From the NCBI GenBank assembly GCA_051418015.1, contig JBPRGF010000033.1, positions 32,001 through 96,000 of the forward strand: a stretch of 64,000 bases of DNA, read 5' to 3'. This DNA is from Candidatus Nitrospinota bacterium M3_3B_026 (GTDB lineage: Bacteria > Nitrospinota_A > UBA7883 > JBPRGF01). A model generated the notes under the pieces. The model saw only the letters and a list, made by a program, of their open reading frames with translations, ran no database searches and was not told the origin of the DNA. This document shows positions 1-9,120 of this stretch, piece by piece; the stretch's first letter is position 1, and each line of letters begins with the position of its first letter. The translations under genes were made by a program, and so were the position numbers.

Positions 1-686
1 ATCCTCCGCATGGAACCGTCCTCCGCGACGACGCGGGCGGTGAGCGGGCTCAGGTCCATCAGCGTCTCGACGGCCTTTCGGGCGCGGCCCACGCTCCATG
101 ACTCCAGCAGCAGGGATACGGCGAACAGGAAAGTGACCGTGGCCGCCTCCAGCCACTCGCCGATCCCCACGGCGCCCGCCACGGCGATAGTCATGAGCAG
201 GTTCATGTCCGGCCGCAGGCTCAACGCCGCGCGCCAGGCCTTTGGAGCGATGAACCAGGCTCCGGTTACGATCGACGCCGAGTAAAAAAGGATGGAGGAG
301 AGAGGGAAGACGTGACCACGGGCGCCGTCGCCTGCCGCGAGGGCGTCGAGAACGCTTCCATGCAGGACCCAGTGGGTTATGAAACCGGCGGCCAGCGCCC
401 CGCCGCTTGAGCAGGTCATGACCAGCCTGCCGCGCCGTTTCCAGAAAGACTCGCTCCGTCCCGCGGCGCCGCCCCATGGGGCCGCCTCCAGACCGGCGCG
501 GCGGACGGCCTCCATGACGGCTTCCCCCGTCACGTCCGGCGACGTGACCGTAACGGTCATCTTCCCGCGCAGCAGGTCGAAAGAAAGGTTCTCCTCTCCT
601 CCCACGACAGGGCCGGCCTCGCGTTTCAGCGCGTCCACCTCCTCGGCGCAGTCCATGCCGTGTATCTTGAAATGTATCTCGCTCAT
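1..686 (-). CDS. Heavy-metal translocating P1B-type ATPase (CadA/ZntA-like), 5' part only; runs off the window edge
   Basis: Not in ORF track. Manual minus-strand translation from ATG at 686 gives MSEIHFKIHGMDCAEEVDALKRE... (HMA domain) and ...RPDMNLLMTIAVAGAVGIGEWLEAATVTFLFAVSLLLESWSVGRARKAVETLMDLSP..., typical P1B ATPase helices; AAGGA RBS upstream. Confidence 0.9.
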   Translation of the reverse strand, partial: MSEIHFKIHGMDCAEEVDALKREAGPVVGGEENLSFDLLRGKMTVTVTSPDVTGEAVMEAVRRAGLEAAPWGGAAGRSESFWKRRGRLVMTCSSGGALAAGFITHWVLHGSVLDALAAGDGARGHVFPLSSILFYSASIVTGAWFIAPKAWRAALSLRPDMNLLMTIAVAGAVGIGEWLEAATVTFLFAVSLLLESWSVGRARKAVETLMDLSPLTARVVAEDGSMRR

Positions 687-760
687 CAAACCGTCCTTGC
701 GGATATGCCGCCGCCTTGGCCGTCTTTTTGCGGCGGGTTTTTCAAAAAGCGGTTTTCGAT

Positions 761-818
761 TGTCATTCTGAGCCGGGTGCGAAAAATCCCGGATCTTTGC
801 CGGAACGGCATTTTGACA
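761..818. repeat. Degenerate copy of the TGTCATTCTGAG...TGACA palindromic (REP-like) element
   Basis: TGTCATTCTGAGCCG..GCGAAAAATCCC matches the left arm of the element at 61321; ends in TGACA. Confidence 0.55.
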
Positions 819-835
819 GCCTCCCGAAGAACCTG

Positions 836-1177
836 CTATACGGCGGCCCCGCCTCTCTCGCCGTTCTCTATGCGGACGGCCTCCTCGACGCTTGACACAT
901 AGATTTTACCATCACCGCGAAGGCCGGTATGCGCCGCTTCGCTTATGACCGAGACAACTTCCTCGGCCATGTCGCCGCGGCAGACTATCTCTATCTTCAC
1001 GTGGGGGACAAAGTCCTCCAGATCGTCCGCGATCCCGTGACGCTCCCCCTTCCCCCGTGACCTGCCGAAACCCCTGACATCAACCACGCTCATTCCGGTG
1101 AGACCTTCCACCTTGCGCAGGGCCAGCGTCACGGAAGAGAGCTTGTGAGGCTTGATATACGCCTTGATCTCTTTCAC
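836..1177 (-). CDS. PII-family signal transduction protein (metal-efflux-associated type)
   Basis: KEIKAYIKP, GFG, HTGLRGDGKIYVSSVEEAVRI PII signatures; GTG at 1177 with AGGAGG RBS preferred over track start 1210; directly downstream of czcA. Confidence 0.9.
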   Translation of the reverse strand: MKEIKAYIKPHKLSSVTLALRKVEGLTGMSVVDVRGFGRSRGKGERHGIADDLEDFVPHVKIEIVCRGDMAEEVVSVISEAAHTGLRGDGKIYVSSVEEAVRIENGERGGAAV

Positions 1178-1190
1178 TTTATCTCCTCCT

Positions 1191-4100
1191 TCAGTTCGAT
1201 ATGGTTTCATCGTCGGGATCGATGGCGAACCACTTGTAGATCGCCGGGATGACCAGCAGCGTCAGGATCGTGGAGGTCACGAGTCCCCCGGTCACCACCG
1301 TGGCCAGCGGCCTTTGAACTTCGCTTCCCGTCCCGGTGGAGAAAAGAAGCGGGATCAGCCCCAGCGCCGTGGTCAGCGCCGTCATGAGCACCGGCCTCAT
1401 CCGCATCAGCGCGCCGCGGACGGAAGCCTCGTCCACGGGGACGCCGTCGCGCAGAAGCTGGTTCAGGAGCGTCACCAGCACCATCCCGTTCTCCAGCGCG
1501 ATCCCGAACAGCGCGATGAAACCCACCGACGACGGGACGGAGAGGTTCTGGCCGGAAATCCACAGCGCCACGACTCCCCCCACCAGCGCCAGCGGTATGT
1601 TGAGCATGATGAGGAACGCGTTTTTGAGCGACTGGAAGCTGGAGAACAGCAACATGAAGACGATAGCCAGCGTGACGGGGATGACGATGGCCAGGCGCCT
1701 GTTCGCTTCCTGCTGGAGGCGGAATTGTCCGCCCCAGGTTGCGAAGTATCCCGGCGGCAGTGAGATCTTTTCGTCTATCACTTTTTTCGCCTCCTCGACG
1801 AATGAGCCGATGTCCCTGCCTGTCACGTTCAGCTGGATGGTTATGAAGCGCTGGTTGTTCTCCCTCGTGATCTGGCGCGGGCCGGTTATCTCCTCCACGT
1901 CCGCGATCTGCGCAAGCGGCACGGGCGCGCCGTCCGGCGCGCGGACGAGTATCCCCTTTATCGCCTCCGCCGTCTCCCGGTAGGGCGCGGCGTACCTGAC
2001 CAGTATGTCGAAGCGGCGTATGCCCTCGAAGACCTCTCCCGCCGTTTCCCCGCCCACGGCGGCGCGGATGACGGACTGGACGTCCGAGATGTTCAGGCCG
2101 TAGCGGGCTATGGCCTGGCGGTCCGCTTTTATCAGAAGCTGCGGCTTGCCGGCCACCTGGTCCGGCTGAACGTCCGCGGCGCCGGAGACTCCCCTGACCA
2201 CGTTGGCTATCTCGCCGGCCTTCTCCTTCAGGGTGTCAAGATCGTCGCCGAAAAGCTTGATGGCAAGCTCGGCTTTTATGCCCGACAGAAGCTCGTCCAC
2301 GGTCATGGCGATCGGCTGCGTGAAATTGGTCAGGACGCCGGGGACATCGCCCAGCTCATCGCGGATGGCTTCCTCCACTTTCTCCTGGTTGTTCGGATAG
2401 CGCCATTTATCTTTCGGCTTCAGCAGGACGAACATCTCCGCGCTGTTCACGGGGTCGGTATGCGCCCCCACCTCGCCGCGGCCGATCCTCGACACAACCC
2501 CCGTGACCTCGGGAACGTTCATGAGGATCTTTTCCACCCGCATGGCCGTTTCGGCGCTTTCCGAAAGCGCGATGGAGGGGGCCATGGTGAGCCGCAGCAC
2601 CAGCGTCCCCTCCTGCAGCGTGGGGGTGAACTCCGACCCCAGCCGCGGGAAGACCATGGCCCCCGCGGCAAGGAGCGCCAGAGCGACGGCCACGGAGGCG
2701 AGGCGCCGCCGGACGAGGAAGCGGATCACAGGCTCATACGGCCGTTTGAGCCAGCGGACCAGGAAAGTATCCCGCGCCTCCTCGTCTCCCTCCCCGCCCG
2801 GTCTTCTCATGAGCAGCTGGGAGAGCACGGGCGCCACGACAAGCGCGAACAGGAGCGAGCCCAGCATCGCCAGGGCTATGGTGTAGGCGAGGGGACGGAA
2901 CGTCTTGCCCTCCACTCCCTGGAGCGTGAACAGCGGCAGGAACACGATGATGATTATGGAAATCGCGAAAACGACCGGCCTTGCTACCTCCACGCAAGCC
3001 CGCGCGATCACGTGTATCCGCGGCTCGCCGGGGCGGGCCTCCCTCAACATGCGCTCCACGTTCTCCACGATGACGATCGTCCCGTCCACCATCATGCCGA
3101 TGGCGATCGCCAGCCCGCCGAAGGACATGAGGTTGGCCGATATCCCGAAAATATACATCCCCTCCATGGCGAAAAGGACGGAGAAGGGGATTGATACCGC
3201 CACCACGAGCCCCGGCCGGAACGCCCCGAAAAAGACCATGAGGACGATCACCACGAGCGCGATTCCCTCCAGCAACGCGTCTCTGACGGTACTGACGCAC
3301 GCCTCCACCAGGGCTTTCTGCTCATAGTACGGGACGACGCGGACGCCGTCGGGCAACATCTTGTTTATCTCGGCGAGTTTTTTCTCCACGCGCCCTATCA
3401 CCGTGGAGGAGTTCGTCCCGAAAAGTTTTATCACCATCCCCGCGACGACCTCCTCGATCCCGTCGCGGGTCTGAGCGCCCCGCCGGACAGCCCCGCCGAT
3501 CCGGATGTCCGCGACATCTTTCAGGAACACCGGCGTTCCGTCCACGGTCTTGATGACGATGTTTTCGATGTCCCCGATGGACGAGGCCAGGCCAACGGAA
3601 CGCACGATGAACTCCTCGGCGTTCTTCTCGATGAACTGCGCGCCGACGTTGAGGTTGTTCTCGCGTATCCTGCCGATCACCTCCCCCAGGGTCACGTCGT
3701 ATCGAAGAAGCGCGCCGGGGTCCACCACCGCGTGGAACTGCTTCTCCCATCCGCCGATGCCGAGGACCTCCGTGACGCCCGGCACGGTCTGCAGGTTGAA
3801 CTTGACGATCCAGTCCTGCATGGTCCGCAGCTCCGTGAGGGAGTATTCGCCGGTAGTGTCGTCGAGGTAGTAAAAAAGAACAAGCCCCATGCCGGTTGAT
3901 ATCGGCCCCATCCGCGGCTCCCCGAAGCCGGGGGGTATCTCCCCGCGGGCTTCCTGGAGCCGCTCGTTGACGAGCTGGCGGGCGAAGTATATATCCATCC
4001 CCTCCTCGAAATAGACGCTCACCACCGACAGGCCGAAGTTGGAGACGGAGCGTATCCGTTCCACTCCCGGCAGGCCGTTCATGGCCGTCTCCACGGGATA

Positions 4101-4295
4101 GGTCACGTATTTTTCCACCTCCTCCGGCGCCAGACCTTCCGTCACGGTGAATATCTGGACAAGGTTGGGGGAGACGTCCGGGAAGGCGTCGATTGGAAGC
4201 TTTGTGTAGCCGTGGTATCCGGCGCCCATGACCATCGCCGCCAGGACGGTCACGAGAAGGCGGTTGCGCAGCGTGAAATGTATTATCCGCTCCAT
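1191..4295 (-). CDS. czcA: CzcA/CusA-family heavy-metal RND efflux permease
   Basis: 1034 aa; LPIDAFPD, GMMVDGTIVIVEN, RMRPVLMTA, GSEVQRPLATVV motifs. Confidence 0.93.
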   Translation of the reverse strand: MERIIHFTLRNRLLVTVLAAMVMGAGYHGYTKLPIDAFPDVSPNLVQIFTVTEGLAPEEVEKYVTYPVETAMNGLPGVERIRSVSNFGLSVVSVYFEEGMDIYFARQLVNERLQEARGEIPPGFGEPRMGPISTGMGLVLFYYLDDTTGEYSLTELRTMQDWIVKFNLQTVPGVTEVLGIGGWEKQFHAVVDPGALLRYDVTLGEVIGRIRENNLNVGAQFIEKNAEEFIVRSVGLASSIGDIENIVIKTVDGTPVFLKDVADIRIGGAVRRGAQTRDGIEEVVAGMVIKLFGTNSSTVIGRVEKKLAEINKMLPDGVRVVPYYEQKALVEACVSTVRDALLEGIALVVIVLMVFFGAFRPGLVVAVSIPFSVLFAMEGMYIFGISANLMSFGGLAIAIGMMVDGTIVIVENVERMLREARPGEPRIHVIARACVEVARPVVFAISIIIIVFLPLFTLQGVEGKTFRPLAYTIALAMLGSLLFALVVAPVLSQLLMRRPGGEGDEEARDTFLVRWLKRPYEPVIRFLVRRRLASVAVALALLAAGAMVFPRLGSEFTPTLQEGTLVLRLTMAPSIALSESAETAMRVEKILMNVPEVTGVVSRIGRGEVGAHTDPVNSAEMFVLLKPKDKWRYPNNQEKVEEAIRDELGDVPGVLTNFTQPIAMTVDELLSGIKAELAIKLFGDDLDTLKEKAGEIANVVRGVSGAADVQPDQVAGKPQLLIKADRQAIARYGLNISDVQSVIRAAVGGETAGEVFEGIRRFDILVRYAAPYRETAEAIKGILVRAPDGAPVPLAQIADVEEITGPRQITRENNQRFITIQLNVTGRDIGSFVEEAKKVIDEKISLPPGYFATWGGQFRLQQEANRRLAIVIPVTLAIVFMLLFSSFQSLKNAFLIMLNIPLALVGGVVALWISGQNLSVPSSVGFIALFGIALENGMVLVTLLNQLLRDGVPVDEASVRGALMRMRPVLMTALTTALGLIPLLFSTGTGSEVQRPLATVVTGGLVTSTILTLLVIPAIYKWFAIDPDDETISN

Positions 4296-4308
4296 CGCTC
4301 GTCCTCCC

Positions 4309-5574
4309 TTAATGATGGTGCCCGGATTCGAACCCTCCCTTGGAGAGCTGGGCCTTGATGGTGAACGAGCCTTTCGCGGCGTACCTTTCCCCCGCGGCGA
4401 GGCCGGATTCTATCTCCACGTTCTTTTTGTCCTCGCGCCCCATGACAACCGGCCTTGGCTCAAAACCTTCCGGCGTCTCGACGAACACGACCGTCTTCCC
4501 CTCGAAGGTCTGGAGGGCCGTCTTTGGAACGAGGACTGGAACATCCGCCTCGCTTGCGGCTATTTTGCCGCTTATGAACAGCCCCGGCCGCAGGTCGCCA
4601 TCCTCGTTGGGCAGAACGACGCGGGCCAGGGCCGTTCGGGTCTTCTCCCCCACCACGGGGCCGACGTAGGAGATTATCCCTTCCCTGTCCGGGACGCCGG
4701 CGCCTGCGGAGATGACCACCTTCGCCCCCTCACGTACATACGGGAGGTCTCTCTGGTAAACACTTAAGTCAACCCATACGCGGCTCAGGTCCGCGACAAC
4801 GAAGATGTCCGCGTCGCTTTTCACCGCCTCGCCGACGGCCACGTGTTTGTGTATCACCACTCCACCGAAAGGGGCGGTTATCTCGTAGCGGGTGAGGCTT
4901 CTTTCGGGCAGGGAAGGAAGGCGTTGTGTGTATTCCTCCGAAAAGCCGAGGGCGCGAAGCTTCCTCTCCGCCGACCGCAGCTCGATCCTCGCCTCCGCCA
5001 GGGCCTGCTTCGCGTTCAGGTAGTCCTGCTCCGAGGTGACTTTTTTCTTCCACAGCCCCTCCTCCCTGGCGTAATTCGCCTCCGCCAGGGCAAGCTTCTC
5101 CCGGGCCGCGAGGCAGGCCGCGTTCGCGTCGGAAAGCTCGCGGCTTTCTATTACCGCCATCACCTCGCCGGTCTCTACCCTGTCCCCCAGGCTTTTTCTG
5201 ACTTTGCGGACGACACCTGCCACACGCGGGACGACGTGGGCCAGCCGGTCCGCGTTCACCCTGATCTCGCCCGGCAGCGACACGTGTTTCTCAATCTTCC
5301 CGGGGCCCGCGATGGAGACCTCGATCCCGAATCGTTTTATCTGCTCCCGTGTCAAGAGGACCACCTCTTCGCCGTGTCCGCCGCCCTCGACCCTGGCGGC
5401 CTTGCCTTCATCATGCCCGCCGTGGTCTTCGTGTCCCTGGTGTTCTTCCGGCTCATGGTCTTTTTCCACCATGCCGGACAGGTAATCTCCCGCCTTCTCG
5501 CAGGAAACCGAGCCAACCATCATCGCGGCCGCCATGAAGGGGGCGATGATTTTCACGCTGAAAGATTTGATCAT
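4309..5574 (-). CDS. czcB: CzcB-like RND periplasmic adaptor (membrane fusion protein)
   Basis: His-rich N-terminus (HEPEEHQGHEDHGGHDE), APFGGVV, ADLSRVWV, LRPGLF, C-terminal GHHH; lies between TolC and RND genes. Confidence 0.9.
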   Translation of the reverse strand: MIKSFSVKIIAPFMAAAMMVGSVSCEKAGDYLSGMVEKDHEPEEHQGHEDHGGHDEGKAARVEGGGHGEEVVLLTREQIKRFGIEVSIAGPGKIEKHVSLPGEIRVNADRLAHVVPRVAGVVRKVRKSLGDRVETGEVMAVIESRELSDANAACLAAREKLALAEANYAREEGLWKKKVTSEQDYLNAKQALAEARIELRSAERKLRALGFSEEYTQRLPSLPERSLTRYEITAPFGGVVIHKHVAVGEAVKSDADIFVVADLSRVWVDLSVYQRDLPYVREGAKVVISAGAGVPDREGIISYVGPVVGEKTRTALARVVLPNEDGDLRPGLFISGKIAASEADVPVLVPKTALQTFEGKTVVFVETPEGFEPRPVVMGREDKKNVEIESGLAAGERYAAKGSFTIKAQLSKGGFESGHHH

Positions 5575-6977
5575 CGAAGCTCTCCTTGCTTTTCCATGTC
5601 CGCGGGCGCCGCCTCATCGAGAGGCGACGCCGTCAGCCGTTCCACCTCCGCCGCGGCCTTGTGATACACCGCGAGGGCGTTTATGTAATCTTTCCGCACG
5701 TCGAACAGCGTGCGTTGCGCGTTCAGGACCCCCAGGTAGCCGAACTTCCCCTGGCGATAGCCTTCGCTGGCAGCGTCGAAGGCCGCCTCGGCGCCGGGAA
5801 TGATTTCATCCTTGTATGCCTTCGCCTCCTCGAAAGCCGCCGCAAGATCGCGGTACGCCGACGCCAGCGCCGCCCGGACGCCCGCCACGGCCGCGGCTTT
5901 CTCCTCTTTCGCCCTGGAAAGGTTGAACCTGGCTTCCAGGTATCCCCCCTGGTTGCGGTCGAAAATTGGTATCGGCATGGACACCCCGGCGACGAAGGCG
6001 GAATCGCCCGTCTCCTCGAAACGCCTGGCGCCGCCCTCCAGTGTCAAGTCGGGTATTCTTTTCGCCTCGGCGAGGTCGACCGCCGCCTTATGGCGCTCCA
6101 TCTCCACGTCCCACCTGGCTATCGCCGGGTTGCGGTGGATGATCTTCGCCAGCAGATCCTCGGATGGTATGCTCCTTACGGCGCGCAGGCTCCCTTCTAC
6201 CTTTCCGAAAAGCGCCTTCGCGCCTCCCCACATCGAAGCCAGGCGTGTTCGCGAGGCGGCGAGAGCTTTCTCCGCCGCGCCCAGGTTTTTTTCGCTTATG
6301 GAAAGCTCCACCCGCGCCTTGATCCTGTCCACCGGCGGCGCCTTCCCGGCGGCGACGCGCTCCGACGCGGCTTCAAACGCCTGCTCCGCGATCCGCCGCG
6401 CTCTCTTCGCAAGCGCCAGCCGCTCCTGGGCGGCGAGGGTGTCCACGAAGGCTCTGGTCACCTTCGCGAGTGTCTCTATACGCGCCGCTTCGTAGTCCCA
6501 CATGGCGACCCCACGCTCGAAAGCGGCCAGCCTGGCCCGCTTCTGGCGCTTCCCGGCCAGCTCTATCAGCTGGCTCAGCCGCAGTGTCGTCTCCGCGCTC
6601 CCCGATTCACGAAACGGGCCGCTCCCGCCGATGTTCTCCACCTCGGCCGATGCCTCGGGGTTGGGCAAAAGACCCGCTTGCAGCGCATGCGCCTCTTTGG
6701 CGCGGATGTCCCAGGCGAAAGCGCGGAGCTCTGGGTTCCCTGTCAGGGCGAGGGAGAGCGCGTCCCGCAGGGTTATGACGCCCGCTGGGTTTTCCACGGA
6801 CCCGGCGTCCTCCGCGGCGCCTGTCTCTTCCGGCGGGCGAGCGGGGGCCGTGTACGCGGGAATATCCCTTCCAAGCGCCATTTCGGGCGGGCTCGCTGTC
6901 CGCGCTCCGGGGGACGCGCAACCGGCGGCCGCCAGGGCGCAAAACATGAGCAAGCTTCCGGTACGAATAAAGTTCAT
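5571..6977 (-). CDS. czcC: CzcC/TolC-family outer membrane efflux lipoprotein
   Basis: Lipobox AAAGC; LLPNP, SQLIELAGKR, PIPIFDRNQG, GYRQGKFGYLGVLNAQR. Confidence 0.9.
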   Translation of the reverse strand: MNFIRTGSLLMFCALAAAGCASPGARTASPPEMALGRDIPAYTAPARPPEETGAAEDAGSVENPAGVITLRDALSLALTGNPELRAFAWDIRAKEAHALQAGLLPNPEASAEVENIGGSGPFRESGSAETTLRLSQLIELAGKRQKRARLAAFERGVAMWDYEAARIETLAKVTRAFVDTLAAQERLALAKRARRIAEQAFEAASERVAAGKAPPVDRIKARVELSISEKNLGAAEKALAASRTRLASMWGGAKALFGKVEGSLRAVRSIPSEDLLAKIIHRNPAIARWDVEMERHKAAVDLAEAKRIPDLTLEGGARRFEETGDSAFVAGVSMPIPIFDRNQGGYLEARFNLSRAKEEKAAAVAGVRAALASAYRDLAAAFEEAKAYKDEIIPGAEAAFDAASEGYRQGKFGYLGVLNAQRTLFDVRKDYINALAVYHKAAAEVERLTASPLDEAAPADMEKQGELR

Positions 6978-7067
6978 CTGTCACCTGTCACGGATCAATC
7001 GTTGTAGAACAAAAACATGGCGCCATGGCCCAGGGCCCGGAGGCGCCGGAATCTCAGGCCGTGGCGT

Positions 7068-7499
7068 TCAGATGAGAAGGACTACGGAGCGAAGGGACTC
7101 TGGGAATTGACGGACGGGTTTAGCGGGCGCGGGCGGGACGGTCCGGCGGGCGGCGGGTTGTTCTATCGCCCTGGCGGAAGGAGCCGCTCCGGAGAGGCGC
7201 TCCGTGTCCGCAAGCTGGCGCTCCGGCCTGGAGCTTGAGGGAAAAAGTCCGGAAGGGCTGATGAAAACGGGGATGTCCAGGCACGGCCCATGGCCGGGAT
7301 GATCGGCGGTGGAGGAGTATGACTCGCTGGGAGCGGGGCGCTCGCATAAACCGTTTCTCGCCGTCTCAAGAGCCACGGCGCCACCGTTTTCGAAACAGAT
7401 CACGGCCCCTTCCATCCCTCCCGAGCCCACGAGGACGGACGAATAGATCATCATCCACATCAGCAACAGCCTATGGGGTGAATTTCCTTTTTTCAGCAT
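7068..7499 (-). CDS. Small exported Cys/His-containing hypothetical protein upstream of czcC
   Basis: Hydrophobic N-terminal segment, then ICFE..LC..DHPGHGPCLDIP; start uncertain (7499 or 7538). Confidence 0.6.
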   Translation of the reverse strand: MLKKGNSPHRLLLMWMMIYSSVLVGSGGMEGAVICFENGGAVALETARNGLCERPAPSESYSSTADHPGHGPCLDIPVFISPSGLFPSSSRPERQLADTERLSGAAPSARAIEQPAARRTVPPAPAKPVRQFPESLRSVVLLI

Positions 7500-7632
7500 A
7501 TTCGTCGTGGCCGATGATCCCTTGTTTCGAATTACCATACCCCATCTCGGCGATGGGCCGCAAGCTCCCGCGATGGACGGGCCGCCCCGGGGTTGTATAA
7601 TGATCCGCGAAATATCGAGCGGGGGACAAAGG

Positions 7633-7818
7633 ATGAAGTTTCTGCTGACCGTGCTGGGCGTTGTGATGATAGTCGAGGGAATCCCCTACTTCACCATGCC
7701 GGAGAGGGTCAAACAGGTCGCGGCGTTCATCATGGACGCCGAGCCGCGGGTTTTAAGGATCATCGGCCTTTCGCTGATGGTCCTCGGTCTTGTCATCGTC
7801 GCGGTCACGCGGGCATGA
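7633..7818 (+). CDS. DUF2065 (YjeT-like) small membrane protein
   Basis: MKFLLTVLGVVMIVEGIPYF..P...LRIIGL pattern; start moved to ATG 7633. Confidence 0.8.
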   Translation: MKFLLTVLGVVMIVEGIPYFTMPERVKQVAAFIMDAEPRVLRIIGLSLMVLGLVIVAVTRA

Positions 7819-8714
7819 TGTCATGGGCCGGCTGTTTTGTGACGGCTTTTCTCCTGACGCTGCTTGCGGCGCAGCTTTTTCTATACGCCCTCCGCTGGTA
7901 CGAGATACAAAGCAGGGGAGGGGGGCCGGACGCGCTCTGGACAAAAGCCGTCTGGGCCGAAAAAGCACGTCCTCTACGCTCCTTCGTCAAGGAGTATCTT
8001 TATTCCATCCTGTACATTTTTACGTATATAGCCGGATACCTCGCGCCGCCTTTTCTTTTCAGAAAACCTTCGCCCGATCTTTCACGGGTCGAGGCCGGGC
8101 GCCCGGTGACCGTCCTCATCCACGGCTACATGGCCAGGCCGTGGATGTTCTGGCTGATGCGGCTACGGCTGCGCCTCAGGGGCGTCCCCAACGTGGTGAC
8201 CTTCGGCTACCGCTCCCGCGGCGCCGGGCCGGGCGAGCTGGCCGAGAAGCTCCGCGATTTTATGCTGAAAGTCCGCGCTGAGACCGGGATCAACGAGGTG
8301 ATCCTCGTGGGCCACAGCCTGGGCGGGCTGATCGCCCACGAGTACGCCAAAAAGCACGGCGCCGGCGGGGACGTGAAGGCCGTGGTGGCGATGGCCGCGC
8401 CTTTCCGCGGGTCAAGGCTCTCGGCGCTGGCCGTCACCTCCCTTGGCCGCTCCCTGGGGCCGGACAACCCGATATTCCCGGAGATCATCAGGACGAAGGT
8501 CAACGCGCCCTTTGTTTCCATATATTCAAGGTATGACCAGTTCGTCCTGCCATACACGAACAGCCATCATCCCCGCGCCGATGAGAACGTGGAGATCGCC
8601 GCGCCCGGGCATTCGGGCTTTTACTTCGACGGCGCCGTTTTCAGGGCCGCGGCGGACTGGATCCAGAAAGCGGCGGGCGAGGACGCAAGGCCGGGAGAGG
8701 ATGGCGCTGGATGA
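7815..8714 (+). CDS. Membrane-anchored alpha/beta hydrolase (lipase/esterase)
   Basis: VLIHGY, GHSLGG nucleophile elbow, D and GH near the C-terminus; ATGA overlap with upstream gene. Confidence 0.85.
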   Translation: MMSWAGCFVTAFLLTLLAAQLFLYALRWYEIQSRGGGPDALWTKAVWAEKARPLRSFVKEYLYSILYIFTYIAGYLAPPFLFRKPSPDLSRVEAGRPVTVLIHGYMARPWMFWLMRLRLRLRGVPNVVTFGYRSRGAGPGELAEKLRDFMLKVRAETGINEVILVGHSLGGLIAHEYAKKHGAGGDVKAVVAMAAPFRGSRLSALAVTSLGRSLGPDNPIFPEIIRTKVNAPFVSIYSRYDQFVLPYTNSHHPRADENVEIAAPGHSGFYFDGAVFRAAADWIQKAAGEDARPGEDGAG

Positions 8715-8772
8715 AACCTCTTTCTCTGGTATAATCACAGCATAACCTGTGTCAACCCGGCGGCTGTTCCCC

Positions 8773-9120
8773 ATGAAACTGGTCAGGTGTTTTATCAGGC
8801 CGGAGAGCCTGGACAAGGTTCGCGAAAAACTTTTCGAGATAGGCGCTCCCGGTCTGTCGGTCATGGAGGCCAGGGGAATCGGCAAACCCCTCAGCCAGAT
8901 GACCACGGAGGAGGGAGGAGAGCCGAGGCCCATCCCCCAGTTCCGTGACAGGCTCCTTGTGGAGGTGGTGGCCGCCGACGCCGACGCCGACGAGATAGCC
9001 CGCGCCCTGGCGGATGAGCTCAGGACTGGCCGGTTTGGCGACGGCAAGATATTCATACTGACCGTGGACGAGTCCATCAGGGTCCGCACGGGGCAGACCG
9101 GCGCAGACTCCCTCTATTGA
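8773..9120 (+). CDS. PII-family protein with divergent T-loop
   Basis: MKLVRCFIRPESLDKV, RTGRFGDGKIFI, IRVRTG. Confidence 0.88.
   Translation: MKLVRCFIRPESLDKVREKLFEIGAPGLSVMEARGIGKPLSQMTTEEGGEPRPIPQFRDRLLVEVVAADADADEIARALADELRTGRFGDGKIFILTVDESIRVRTGQTGADSLY

Noticed and set aside
836..9120. Naming either PII gene glnB or glnK
   Set aside because: Both lack the canonical T-loop Tyr and nitrogen-assimilation gene context
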